This document shows positions 11,900 to 24,722 of a DNA stretch of 64,000 nt, in pieces. The first letter of the stretch is position 1. Each line of letters opens with the position of its first letter. The stretch is from NCBI GenBank assembly GCA_013239625.1, contig MU053934.1, positions 2,039,031-2,103,030 on the forward strand, read 5' to 3'. The notes under the pieces were generated by a model, which worked only from the letters and a program-made list of their open reading frames with translations, ran no database searches and was not told where the DNA came from. A program made the translations under genes and the position numbers. Source of the DNA: Lama guanicoe. Taxonomy: Eukaryota.

Positions 11900-11985
11900 T
11901 CCTCTGCCCTCCTCCCTCCTCCCTCCTCCTTTCTCCTTCTCCTTCCCTCTCCTCCTCCTCCCTGCCTCCTCCCTGCCTCCTCCCC
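11900..11985. repeat. Polypyrimidine/polypurine (CCT-rich) low-complexity tract
   Basis: About 85 nt of almost only C/T on the plus strand. Confidence 0.9.
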
Positions 11986-14900
11986 ATAAGGAATATACAT
12001 ACACACGTACATATTTTTTTTAATGCTCCCTGAAAACAAATAGAAGAGAGATTAGAGTGGAAAGGAGACTAGAATGGGGAGATAAACCGGGCAGGAGAAG
12101 CCGGCAGTTTACAAACAGGCACAAAGAGAGCCCGAGATGGTTGCTCTTGAGCCCCAGCAGTCAGGGCTGTTTCTGATTAGGTGCGTACAATTGCAGAACT
12201 GTGCAGGAAGTGCTCAGGGGGCCCTCTCAGTCTGCCCCATCCCAAACACACTGAAAACCTTTGTACTGGAGCAGGCGCATCTGGAATCAGTTAGGACCAG
12301 GCTCCTAGCAGGCCTTTCCTTTATACAAAAACAAAACAAAACAAAACAAAAAACCTTGTCTAAAACCACTAGGCTGAGATTTCCCGCCTGCAACTTTCTC
12401 ATCCCTTCCCCCCAGATCACCCTTCAGAGCACATTTCTCTGTCTCCCATTCTGGGGTCACCACAAGTAAGAGTCATGTAAGAACATAAAGCATTCAGAGA
12501 GGTAGCATCCTCCCCAGGCCCAGGCACCCCCAGAAAATTACAGCATCCATGCAACTAGAATCTCTTTTTACATAATTTTGGGATTTTTTTTAATGTTATT
12601 TTTAGAAATTCAAAGTGGCCTACTTTCTTCTTCAAGCATTTAAATGAAGCATATCCTTTATGAAACTTGTTTCTTTTTGTTCTGTCTTCTAAATCGTGTA
12701 TAAAACAGAAAAAAAAATTTTAGGATAGTTCTAGCATTCAAAAGGGAAAAAGTTTTTCCACTCACATCCTTATGTTAAATTGCCAATATTCACTTTTGCA
12801 GGAAGTCAGTTTTTACTGATGCTTTCTATAAAAAACAGGATTTCTCTGGTAGTGTGGTAAATGCCTAGAACTAAGACTTGGCAGACCTAGAGAACAGTTT
12901 TGATGGCCATTAATGAGCCATGAAGCTGGGAATAAATGACTTAATCTTTCTGGATCTCTGTTTCTCCACTGGTAAAACGTGGGAGTGAGGCAGATTCTCT
13001 AAGATTATTTCCAGCACCACTATACCCTCAAATTCCACACACCTAACAAATATATAAGTACATACACAATTCACCTCCAGCTTCACCTAGGAATCATACC
13101 TTTTAGGTAATTTTTTTTTTATTGTCCCCAAAGACCATACAGAGGAGTTAGGTGTGGAGTAGGGGAGAATGAGCAGTCTGTCAGCTGGTTCGTCTCTTCT
13201 ATAAACCATGTTCCCTGTCTTCACATGGCTCAGTGATTGCATAACCAAGTCAGAGGGTAAAAAACTTAAGGACAAGTACCAGGCTAGCCATCTGGGCCCA
13301 GGAACCTGATCATAGAAGTATGGCACGAAGACCTGGAGAATTAAATTAACGAATAAACTACTGAATTACCGCTCTGTCCTTTGTGCTTAGTTTAGAAGCT
13401 GCTTATTTATTTAATTGATCTCAACAAATATTTATTGAATCTAACAAGAAGGTCAGAGTCTCTGAGGAATACAAAAAAGAGTCAGAAACTGACCTACTCT
13501 CTGGGAATTTATAATCTACTGAAGAGACACAAAGCTGTTCAGCTCTAACTGTAGTTCAGACTTGATGACACTGAGGTCTTTATAAAGTATTGTGAGAGAT
13601 CCTGGGATGCTGCTTCCTCCACATGCCTCGTTCTCTTATCTTTTATCTTATTCCTTCTGTTCAAGTGTTATAAGGGTTCTGATAAATCTGAAAATTATCA
13701 AAATTATTTCGCCATGAAATTTAAAACCTCGCATTATAAACTGCCTGAACTTATCACAGGGTTCAATAAACAGGGTTAAATCTGTAGTTTATACCCATAG
13801 AGAGAAGGGCAGACCTACATAAACCACCCCTCAATCCACAGCTGTCACCAGAGCAGGAGTACTGATAACTATCTCAACAGTAACACTCATGGCAATCAGG
13901 AACCAATTCTTGACCTTAGTGAGAGTTCTAGGGATTAAGAACCAGCAGAACAAGTAAAAGGTTTGTAGTTATAACTGTCATTGGTCTGCAGCCACAACCA
14001 GAATGGCAGGACTTCCCACAGACCACACGTAAGGGTTCTGACAAGAGGTGCTACCATGCAGTATGAGCTGCTTTTAACTCATGTCAAAGTGATTGATGTT
14101 TCCACCATAACTAAAATTATGAAATTAGTTAGAGGACCTTTTTTGTCATTTCATCTCTGGAAGTGGAGAGAAAAAGAACCCCATAAAACTGATCCCTCTT
14201 TCCTTAACCTCATATCCTAGGTAACCTGAAGGATGAGTGAGCTCCTTTTCCTGGACTACTAATCAGGGTATTCCATTCTGGGTAAGCTCCCTAAAAACAT
14301 ACTCCCTTCAGTGAGTTAATTTCCCTCTTCCTGAAACTGGCAAGACTTCAAAGGCATTCAAAGAGAAGTAAGAATCTGTGACATGGGGTTCCAGAAACAG
14401 CAGGGTCACATTTCCTCCTGGAACAAGGAAAGCTGAACTGCAGGAGGTGCATCCAAGGGACCTGGCCCACTCCCTAAACGTTAATGTACTTCCAATTGGG
14501 TACAGGGAACTTGGCAGCTCAGCTGACTCCCCAACCAGCTCTGAACAAAACTGAACTGGTCAGAATTCTTCGTGGCAAACAGCAGTAGAAGGGGCCAATC
14601 ACAACTCTCAGCTCTGCCAAAAAAATTGCAGCCTTTTCCTTAAAGGGAAAGCACTTCAAGGTGAGTGTTCATGTGTGTGTAGTTGTGAAAAGAGAAAAGG
14701 AGGTTTAGATTTTCTGAATTCCTACCTTAGGTTAGCTTTATTTCTATAAATTTCTTTTCCTGTATTTGCTCCCCTCTGTAACAACACCAGCACCAGCAGT
14801 GTTGCAAAGAATAACAAATAAGCAGGTTAAGACTCTACAATCCAAACACACACTTGACCCAAGGAGGCATGGTATCCACCTGCATCTTAGGAGGGAATCA

Positions 14901-15107
14901 GGATTCACCCTACTGCTACCTGACAGCAAAGTTTGGAGCTTTGTCCCAAAGAGTCTTCCTCCAGATCCTCACCCTTCCCTGATGCCTCTTCCCTCTTCTC
15001 TGACTCCGTCCCCGCTGTTATTCAGAACTCAGAGTCAGCTGAAATGCCAGAGCAAACTGCAGACTGATGAGAGCATCTCACAGGTAGAGAGATGACATGG
15101 GATAGTG

Positions 15108-15390
15108 CAGGGCTTCTCAAACTAACCATAGCAACCTTTTTCTTTTTTAATTTTCATTCCATCATGGAACGGTACTTTTGTAAAATGCAATAAAATGAAC
15201 TTAAAAAACAGACATACAACATACAAGCCCAAACGTTTTATTATTAGATTCAACACTCATAAAATTACTCTACCAAATTGCTATAAAAGTTTCTAAGTGC
15301 TTACCATTAAGTTCTGTGCCTGTCTTGTAATGAGTCGGTACTAAACAGTGGACTAACACCAGTCTTCAAATGACACTATGATTAGCACTG
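15108..15390. mobile_element. hAT-Charlie DNA transposon fossil nested in a MIR
   Basis: Termini cagggcttctcaaac and gattagcactg, 8-bp TSD-like GGATAGTG (15100-15107) and GTCTAGTG (15391-15398). Confidence 0.7.
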
Positions 15391-15398
15391 GTCTAGTG

Positions 15399-15632
15399 AA
15401 ACGAGAACGAGCTTTCACACCCAGAGTCCTAGTAATGAATCCCAGCTACTAGCTGCATGACTTTGGACATACCATTTAATTTTTCTGAATCTCAATTTCT
15501 GCATTTATAAAATAAAAATATAGTATCACCAAATACTATGCAGGGCTATGGAAGGATCAGGAAAATGTAATGGCAAGGAGCCTAGTACAGTGCCTGAATT
15601 AGATGAGGACTTCAATAAAATAACTATTACTA
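15399..15632 (+). mobile_element. MIR SINE (remainder after the hAT insertion)
   Basis: aatcccagctactagctgcatgactttggac...ctcaatttctgcatttataaaat...cctagtacagtgcctg...caataaaataactattact. Confidence 0.75.
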
Positions 15633-16620
15633 TCAGGTTTTTCCAAGTATTCCCTTTCATCATTCTCTTTTAATCCAAAGGCAGTTCCAATTCTAGTAAA
15701 CCCTAACTTTGGGAGTTAGTATTTTCATAGCTAATTGTAACTAACAAAAGCCAAGCCTATGATCTCTCACTGTCTTCAGTAGCCTCTTTCCCCTTTGGTG
15801 TCAGGAAGAACCAAACATCCTCGCTGTGCCAAAAGTGCATTCCCATTTGATTTCTAACATTTTCTGTTTAACCCAAAACATATTCCAATTTGACTTATCA
15901 TCAAACTCTTATCAGCTCAATCACCAATTCTGCTGTCATTCCAACTTTGTTGTTATGTTTTACTAAACATTGAGTAGATACAAGAAGAATATTTGTAAAT
16001 TATTTAAATGATACGAAGAATAACAAAAACATGTCACCTTAGCTTAGAATTCTCATTTTGCCCCTCCCTCCCCATACTGAATACACTGCTGAAGCCTTTC
16101 TTCACGACTGTTCTTAAAGATCTTCATTCAAGGCCCCGTTTCTCCCTTCACAATCCATATAATCCTCAGTAAGTCGCGTCCCCTCTCTAAGCCTCTCTCT
16201 TACCTACCAGTGAAGCTCCCTGTTTGATTTTGTCTAGGTTCAGCACTTTCCACACACTCCATGTTCAACCCCAGCTCCTCTCATGCTCCTTACGTTCCTA
16301 TTTTAGACATTTCTAACAGCTGTTCTCCCACGCCTGAATTGGCTGTACTGAATTCTCCCACCAAAGACCCTGGTCAACACCGACACTCCTCTTATTTTTC
16401 CCTCAGTTCTTCCTTCCTTTTCACAAGTACCCTTCAGTCACTGGGGAGAGGCAATTCCACCTGATCCTCCAAGACAAACACCTCCTCTGAAGCCTAGATT
16501 CATGCTCTTACACTTATTTTTCTTGGGTACTCACAACATAAAGGCTCAATGGAAAGCCCCAAAGAAGCCAATCCAACATTCTGATATACTAAAGAAGTTA
16601 TGTTTATAATTTAAAATAAC

Positions 16621-18947
16621 AGAATGGGAGAAAATATTTGCAAATACATATTTGATAATGGACTGATAACAAGAATATATAAAGAATTCTCAAAACTCAT
16701 TAAGAAAACAACCAACTCAATTTTAAAATTGACAAAAGATTTAACAGACTCATCATCAAAGAGATATGGATGGCAAATACACAAATGAAAAGCTGTTCGA
16801 CACCATTAGTATTTAGGGAAGTACCAATTAAAACCACAAGCTACATCCGTACTGCAATGACTCAGGTTTTTTTTTTTTTTTTTAAATTTTAAACTGACAA
16901 TATCAGATAGTAGAAAGAATGTGGAGCAACTGGAACTCTCTCATGCATTCAGTACTGACGGGAATGCAAAAATGGTAAGTCACTGTGGAAGACAGTTTAG
17001 CAGTTTCTTATAAAGTTAAGCATACATTTAAGATATGATCCATCAATCCCATCCCTAGGTATTTACACAAGCGAAATGAAGACATATGTCCACACAAAAA
17101 CCACTACACAAATATTTATTGCAGTCTTATTCACAGTTGTCAAAAGCTGGGAACAACCCAAGTGTCCATCAACTGGTAAATGAAAAAATAAATATTGGTA
17201 CAGGCATAAATAAGTAAGTATTCAACAATAAAAAGGAATAAATTACTAATTCATAAAATAGAGTGGATGGATGAACTTCAAAAGAACACAAAGTGAAAGA
17301 AGCCAGACTCAAAACACTACAGAGTGAACAGAAATCAGATCCATAATTTCCAATAACTGGGAAAGGAAAGAAGGACTGACTAGAAAGGGACCCAAGGAAC
17401 TTGAAAAATAAGAGGAACTGAAGTTTCCCCCTCCTTGGGAATATACTTACAAAAATGGAAAGAGGCTGGCTGGATTTAAGATGGAGTTATCAGTATGAAC
17501 TCTAGTTTTTATAAGATAAAACTCCAAGTTTTATAACATAAAATACATAATATACACAACCACACATACAAATACCATACATTTGCACAAACTACATATA
17601 TACACATATGTACATGAAGAAATCTAGAAATAGTTACAGATGTACATGTATGGTGTGTGTGTATGTATGTATTTAAATATATGTTATATATGTTTTCTAG
17701 CTCTGTCTGCTGAGAGAGCCTAGAGGCAATGAAACCTCAGTAGCAATGTACACACCCAGCACCCAGATTTTGGTTTCTAATCACTCTCCTCCACTTAAAA
17801 GAATGAAGACTCCTCAGAAACAGTTGATTCCAGGGCTAGGGCAGGAAAAGAACAAGATAAGCTTGGAAAATCTTCCTGTGACAGAACGTCAAGAAACGAC
17901 ATGAATGGAGACAAATCAGCAGAACAAAGAAGCCAGTATAAAGTGGGTCCTACTGACCAAACTGGGAAAAACCTGAAGACCAGAATAATTATAGAAATGG
18001 ATTACAACCCATAGAATAAAATAGGAATCCATGAGTCCGTACTGACAGAAATAAATAAGGAAAACTCCTCCTTATGGTAGAATGGCAACTAATAAATATA
18101 GACAGACAGACAGAAATAGATAATCACCACTTAACAACTACTACAGAAGTGGCTGGTTCAGGAAGAAGTTGTCAATGGATCTCAGGGAGCAATCTGATGA
18201 GGAACAGGCTAGTGGTATAATTGCAGAATCTATCTTTCCACAAGATAGTAATCAATCGTAAAAGAAAAAATGGTGAACTTAATGTAGAGAAACCCGGGAA
18301 ACACCAAACAAATCTGGTGATCAAGCTTAATATCACTGGTAGTGGGATAAGTATACATCATTTGCCTCCAGGTCTGATGCACTGGGAAGAGCACAGCATA
18401 TTTCTGTGATATTCCTGCCTAAGGTGACATGATTGTTGTCATGAAGAAACAGACAGACCCAGACACGAACATGAAGGAAAGGCAAAGACAAAAGAACTGT
18501 TCTAGATTGAAAGAGTCTGAGGAGACATGCAACTTAATGCAACACATATTCCTAGAGAGGATCCTAGACCAAAAAGGAAAAAGAGACATTACAGGGATAC
18601 CTAGCAAAATGTTAATGGGGTCTATGGATGGATGGTAATGTACCAATAGTAACTTCCTGATTTGGAGAGTTGTATACTGGTTATGTAGGAAAGTCCTATT
18701 TGAGGGAACATGCACTGGAGCGTTGGCTTCAAAAAAGTTCAGAGAAGGAATAACGATAAAGGGTATGTATGTACACACACACATACACACACAAATATAT
18801 ACGCATATACAAAGAGAGTGAGCAATGAAGCAAAAGCAATAAAATATTAATAATTGGGGAATCTGAGTAAAGGGAATATAGTTTTTAGAGTTTTTAAAAA
18901 TTGTTTTGGCAACTTTTCTCTAATTGTGAAATTATTTCAAAATAAAT
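16621..18947 (+). mobile_element. Old LINE-1 (L1MC-like) ORF2 end and long 3' UTR
   Basis: agaatgggagaaaatatttgcaaatacatatttgataatggactgata..., aagtgaaagaagccagactcaaaa, ending tgtgaaattatttcaaaataaa. Confidence 0.85.
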
Positions 18948-21344
18948 TATTTGGGAAGAAATAATAGCCATCTATTGTCAGGAACTGCACCCTGCACAGA
19001 ATCTTTTATCTTCACAAGAAAAGCTGATCCTAAAGCTCAGAAGGTTAAAACCTGGTCCAAGGTCCTCCAGCTCACAAGTGCTGGACCCATCCTCACTGAG
19101 GTCTGCAAACTCAAAAGCCTCCAATCTTCTACCACACCATGCTGCCTCATCCCACAAACAGGTAACTGTGGTTTTCTGAGGGACGTGCCAACATCTGTAC
19201 TGATCACTGACGATGTAAAATGAATCAGACCATCTCTGCCCTCAAAGAATTCAGTGAAAAGAGACAGACTTACGGAGCAGTAAAGGGTTATAGGTGCTCT
19301 ATTTGTCATGACTTCTGCAGAGACTGCTAGCCCTCAGTCTACCACAAATCCAGGATGACCTATTAGAAGGTGGAAGGTAACTTTTAAGATATATAGGACA
19401 CACAGACCATGGCCACATGGAATGTGCTCAGGTCACATAAGTGAGAGGTCCCTGTCTGACCACAACACACACATACACACACACATCCTCCCTCCCTCCC
19501 TGTCTCTCTCTCTCCCCCCTCCCCCCTCCCTCCTTTCCTCTCTCCTCCAAGGCCTGAACTTCCCTAAGGAAAAAAAGGGGAAAGGGGAGCAGGTATACAA
19601 ATATATTTACGGAGGCTCAAACTATTCTTTCCCATAGATATTCATCATTCTCAGAGGAATTCCATGTTTTGTTTAAAGGTGTCCTTTTCTAAAAAGTAGT
19701 GGTTGGGGTGAGACTAGAACTGTTTGGCCCAATGACTAAATAGGATTACTGCCAAAGTCATACCCTTGCTTTCTAGTGGTTTTCCACTCAGCCAAAAAAA
19801 AAAAAACAACTCTTGTGCATGAAAGACAGTGAAAGACTGAATCTCTACCAAAGCACCAAGAATCAGGTTCACTAGGCTCCCTGCTTCAATGGCTTTGAAA
19901 GCCAAATATACCCCCAGAGGAAGTGGGTTTTACCTTCAATTATGTGCACATTAGGTGGTTTTCTTTTCTGGTTATAAATCAACTGGGGCCAGGGCAGGGG
20001 GTGGTGGTACAGTGCCTCCAGGTATGGCATTGTCCTGAGTTTTACAATCGCGTGGGTTCAGATCATCTATCATTTATGTCAAGGAGAGGAGGAAGGCACG
20101 AGCTGCACACTGATAGCACAATAATACACACGACAGTCACTGCCCTCAGAAGACTTACAGTTCAGCAAGGAGAAACAAATAAATTTTTTAAAAAAGAGTA
20201 CTATGGAACACCTAGAAAAAACACCTAGATTGGAGCAGGAGCAGGGTCAGGAAAGGCCTCCTTGAAAAGGGAACACCACTAAGCTGGGATCTAAGGAACA
20301 AAAGAGGATTAACCTAAAATTGCTAGGTTTGGGTGTTCATGTGTTTTATTTAATGGAGAATTTTCTGAGTAAGCAGATAAAAAGCAATATACAAAATATG
20401 TACAAAAGCAAAGAGGGAAAAGAAATAGCAAGTGATACTATCTTGCTGGGACATAAATACAAAGAGAAGCCTGGGAAAGATCTTTCGTAGTGGAATAATA
20501 AACATTTGATTACCACAATTCTATGGCAGTCATTACTAGCTTCAGTTTACTAATGAGAAAACTGAGGCTTGAGAAAAGTCAAGTCAATTGGACAAGGTCA
20601 CACAACAAATGGATGGCAGACTGGCTATAAAACCCATCCTTTCTGCTCTACTCCCTTGAGAGTTTTACCCAGACCGTGACTAGTTCCTTGGATTCCCAGA
20701 CAAATCACCTTTTCCCTGGATACTCAACCCTTGGTATTTAACACTTTCAAAATCCAAACAGTCACCAAAGTTAATTTTAGCTCCATTTGGAGGTCAATCC
20801 CTCAGTAAAACCTAGTATACTTATTTTTATGTTTTTACCAATGTGGATTCCAAAACCAAAAGAAAAAAAAAAAAACAACACAAAAAACCAAACATTTCTT
20901 TCCCTTATGCTGCAGAGGCCTCAAAAGCTTGAGGCAGCAGTAAGAAGACAGCCCACGCAAAATTCACTGTATACTCTGTAATGCGCAACACATCAGCAAC
21001 GATTTTATCTGGCAGCAGGAAGAGACAGAAGTTAGGACCCCACAATTATCCCTGTAGAGAGGCCCAGCAAAGGGAACGCAGGCATAACAGCTACGATAAT
21101 GGTAACGCAAATAGCCATCTGTACTTACAGCCAGTCATGCCAAGAGCTTTTGAACACCCACACCCCTAATGCCTCGCTCTCCCCCATGCAGGTGGGCCAA
21201 TTCCTTTCCATTCTTCTCCATCCCACGTAATTCCAGAGGAAGAGACAATCTGCTGCCAGGAGTGGGCAGCAATGGAAGCTGCTGTACTTTGAACACAAAA
21301 GACCAAAAACTAAGGTCCTAACTCCCCACCCTGCGTTCTACCCA

Positions 21345-21376
21345 TTAAAGCACGATTTCCTTAAAGCACGATTTCC
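21345..21376. repeat. Perfect 16-bp tandem duplication
   Basis: TTAAAGCACGATTTCC twice. Confidence 0.95.
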
Positions 21377-23243
21377 CCATTTCTTCTGCTGTCTAAAATG
21401 CACAGACATGTAGCTCCTCCTACAGCCCCCAGTCCCAGCTAGGCTGGGTACCCTCTCCCCCACATTAACATTTACTCACCCCTCTCACTGCACGGAGCAC
21501 ATTATAGGTCTGCCTGGTTCTGGTCACCCCACTGAGAGCTCCCGAGGACAGGGGCCGTCTCTCAATCTGTCTCCCTCCACATCTGCAACAGCCAGCACAG
21601 TGCAGGGCGTACGGGGGCTGAATTAGTTCACTGGTGGCATCCAAGAATTGCAGGATGAAATGGGGAGTGGGCAGTAGAAAAGGAAATGGTTGAACAGTAA
21701 TTTGAGGTTTGAGGATCCGGGATACTTGAACAAAAATATGCTACAGTCTCTACACCACAGTAGTATGCTGAGTGCAAAATTCACACTAAAAAAATCATCC
21801 TGTAATAGTCTCTGATAGAGAGCTCTAGAACAAAAGATGACACTAACAGTATCATTAAAAATAAAAACAACAAAAAACCTAACCATAATTATTAGTGTTA
21901 TGTTCCCAAAAACAGAACAGCAACAAGACAGTGTAGCCTACAAAAACGACCACAGCCCTATCACCCTGCTCCAGTTCCCAACACAAACTGCTTTTCGGGG
22001 CTCCTTTTTCTTGGTGGGGGGGTAGGTGTGGCAGGGGGGTGGCTTGTGCCCACCCCTCCCCCTTACCTTTTCCACTCTCCCCTCCTCCTACAACCTACCA
22101 AAGAAAACAATGAATGCTTTGCAACACTCAATCTTCAGAAAGATACATCTCCCCAATTCTCCTAAGCTTTTTTTAAGGGCTGCTGGCAACATAAGCAATT
22201 TGTTCCCAATTATAGCAGACTTCATCTGGGTGATGAATGTAGGCAGCAAGCCCTCCACAGCGTGCTGGAAACAATGGGAGATCTCAGAAGCATACTCTGG
22301 CGGCACTTTCCCAATCCGCCTGCAGCGCCACAACTGCCAGGGGATTTTTACCAGGCTTTTCTTGTGCTCTGATCCATCAGCTCCTTTCCCCATGGAGACA
22401 CCTGCTCTCCAATCTTCCTTACCAACTCTACCTGTCAAAATCAAACAGAAACTGGAGAAAGGTAAGACTGTGAAAGGGTCTGATAAGGTCCTGGGATTGT
22501 CTGAGTTTAAACCCTGTGGCTGTATTTTTTTTGCATTTTTTTTTCCTACTGAAGAAAAACTACAATAATTACCTTGGAGATGTGCCGATTTTTATGAGAT
22601 TTTACTGAGAATCACTGTAATAAGATGTCAGAGCTGAAAGCAACCTCAGAAATAATCTCATCATATCCTCACATTTCACAGATGCAGAAAGGCCCAGAGA
22701 AGTTAAGAACTACCTCCCTATAGCTACATAAAGGAACCCCTAGAATGTCAGATGCTAAATGGCAAGAGTTGCATCTGGTTCACCTCTAGGGTCGAACAGA
22801 GAGTCAGCACTTCATCTGTGACTGGAGAACTGAACCAAACGAACTGACTAGCGGGAAATCTCGCACTATGACTCATGCTGTTTTATTTCAAGTACAGTAT
22901 TTTTTCATCACATGTTACTAGAGAGCTAGGATCTATGAGTGATAATTTATGTGTACAGCAGACCCCATGGAATTCAGGCTCTCTTCGTCCTCAACCACTA
23001 GGTACAATCCCTTTATCTCTGACATCACTTAGAAGATTTCCAACCTCTTTCCATTCCAGTTGCTCTAAAAATCATAGAACATTTCTAAACTGATTTCCCA
23101 AAATATCTTCCACTCAGATACTCTTTTAATAATTCTCTTCAATTGCTCTCTTAATCTTCTTCAACGACTGTCTTTTTTGGGATCCCTCCTTATATCTCAG
23201 CTTACTATAACCTGTCTCCCTCCCCTTGCCTGTCCCACTAAGG

Positions 23244-23430
23244 CAATGGTTCTCGACTTTGACTGCATACTGCAATCGCCAGGGGAAGTGTTTTTAAAAA
23301 CTACTCATTCCTGGGTCACACCCCCAGAGTTCCTGATTTCATTGGTCTGGGTTGGGTATGCAATGAATGATATTTTTAAAAGCTTCCTAGATGATTCTAA
23401 TGCACAGCGAGCTAACATGGAGAACCCCTG
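23244..23430. mobile_element. MER5A-type hAT element
   Basis: caatggttctcgactttgactgcatact...aaaagcttcctagatgattctaatgcacag...gagaacccctg, with terminal inverted repeats. Confidence 0.8.
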
Positions 23431-23914
23431 TCCTACAGCCTCAGAAATGCACCGCCTGGGCTATTACATACTCTAAAAATAACTACTGCCAGTTATTCTA
23501 GACTTGCAAAATACTAGACTGCCCTGCATCAGGGGATGCATGTTGCTAGCCTGAAGGCACATTAGAACCATACCCTTGATTCACATCTGTCACATAATAA
23601 TACTTTGGTAAATATGTCAGTAAAGCTCTATAAATAAATCATTAATGATGATGAATGGCCAGATCCTGTTAAAAGACTACAGAGGGGAAAAAAGCTGTAC
23701 TGGAGTTTTCTGACTCAGAAACACATTTAGTTTCTGATTTTTTACCAAGGATCCTAGGTCCTTCAAATCCAGATGGTCTTTCAGTATCAAAAATAGTCTC
23801 TGTGGCAAACCCCAAAGAAGCACAAAATGCCTCCATGCCTCAGCTCATATCATATCTGTCTGCATGGAAAACTCCTGTTCGTCCTTCACAGCACAGTTCA
23901 AATACCTCCTTTAG

Positions 23915-24120
23915 TCATTCAGTCAACAAACACTGAGAATCTACTAAGTGTCAGGCATTGTTCTAGGCACTGGAGATACAACGCTGAACAAGACATAGTC
24001 ACTGGTCTCACAGTGTTACATTCTACTTGGGAAGTCAGAAAGTAAACAAGGAGACAAATTAAAATAATTCCAGATGGTAGTTAAGTGATATGAAGAAACT
24101 AAAACAATATAACATGACAG
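23915..24120 (-). mobile_element. L2 3' fragment
   Basis: tcattcagtcaacaaacactgagaatctactaagtgtcaggcattgttctaggcactggagatacaacgctgaacaagaca. Confidence 0.8.
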
Positions 24121-24434
24121 TAACGGTAGGTGGTAACTTCCCCTCAAAGGCAGACCCATTTGGTCCCTCAGGACCAAATCAAGAACAGGGAGCTTTACCA
24201 TATTCCTTTTTAATACTCCCAGCATTTACACTTAGCACATACACAATGAATATTTTGAATGAATAAAAAATAGAAGGATAAGAAAAAAGGGTAGAAGTAA
24301 AAAAAAAAAAAAGGAATCATCATAATCAACTAGAGTTAAGAGACATGAACCCTCACCTAAGTTCTTCCCACTACCTACATGATTTGGGGCAAATCCCTTC
24401 CTCTCTTCTATAAGATAAACAGACTGGATTAGAC

Positions 24435-24722
24435 CAGGATAGCAATGCTCACCAGAGGTAAAAGAGATGTGCGTGGGCAGAGACTACAGGGTGCCTGGAG
24501 CTCAGGGCCATTCCTAAGGGAAGAGCCACTATTCAGCTCCAACACAGTGGACCACACGGGAATGCAGGCCCAGTGCTGCCAAGAAAGCCAGAAATCTGGA
24601 TTTCATGTGAGCTCTCCCGGTGTTTAAATGTTAAATCCAAATGTCTTTAGAACTACTGTGTTAGCCAAAGAAAACCCTTTGTGTAAGGGCCAGACCATAG
24701 GCCCACAGTCTGTAACTCCTAC
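24435..24722. mobile_element. MER102-like hAT element inside a MIR fragment
   Basis: gccactattcagctcc...gggaatgcaggcccagtgctgccaagaaagccagaaatctggatttcatgtga...ggcccacagtctgtaactcct. Confidence 0.6.

Noticed and set aside
22026..22568. 180-aa plus-strand ORF
   Set aside because: GTG start, no recognisable homology, antisense within an intron.
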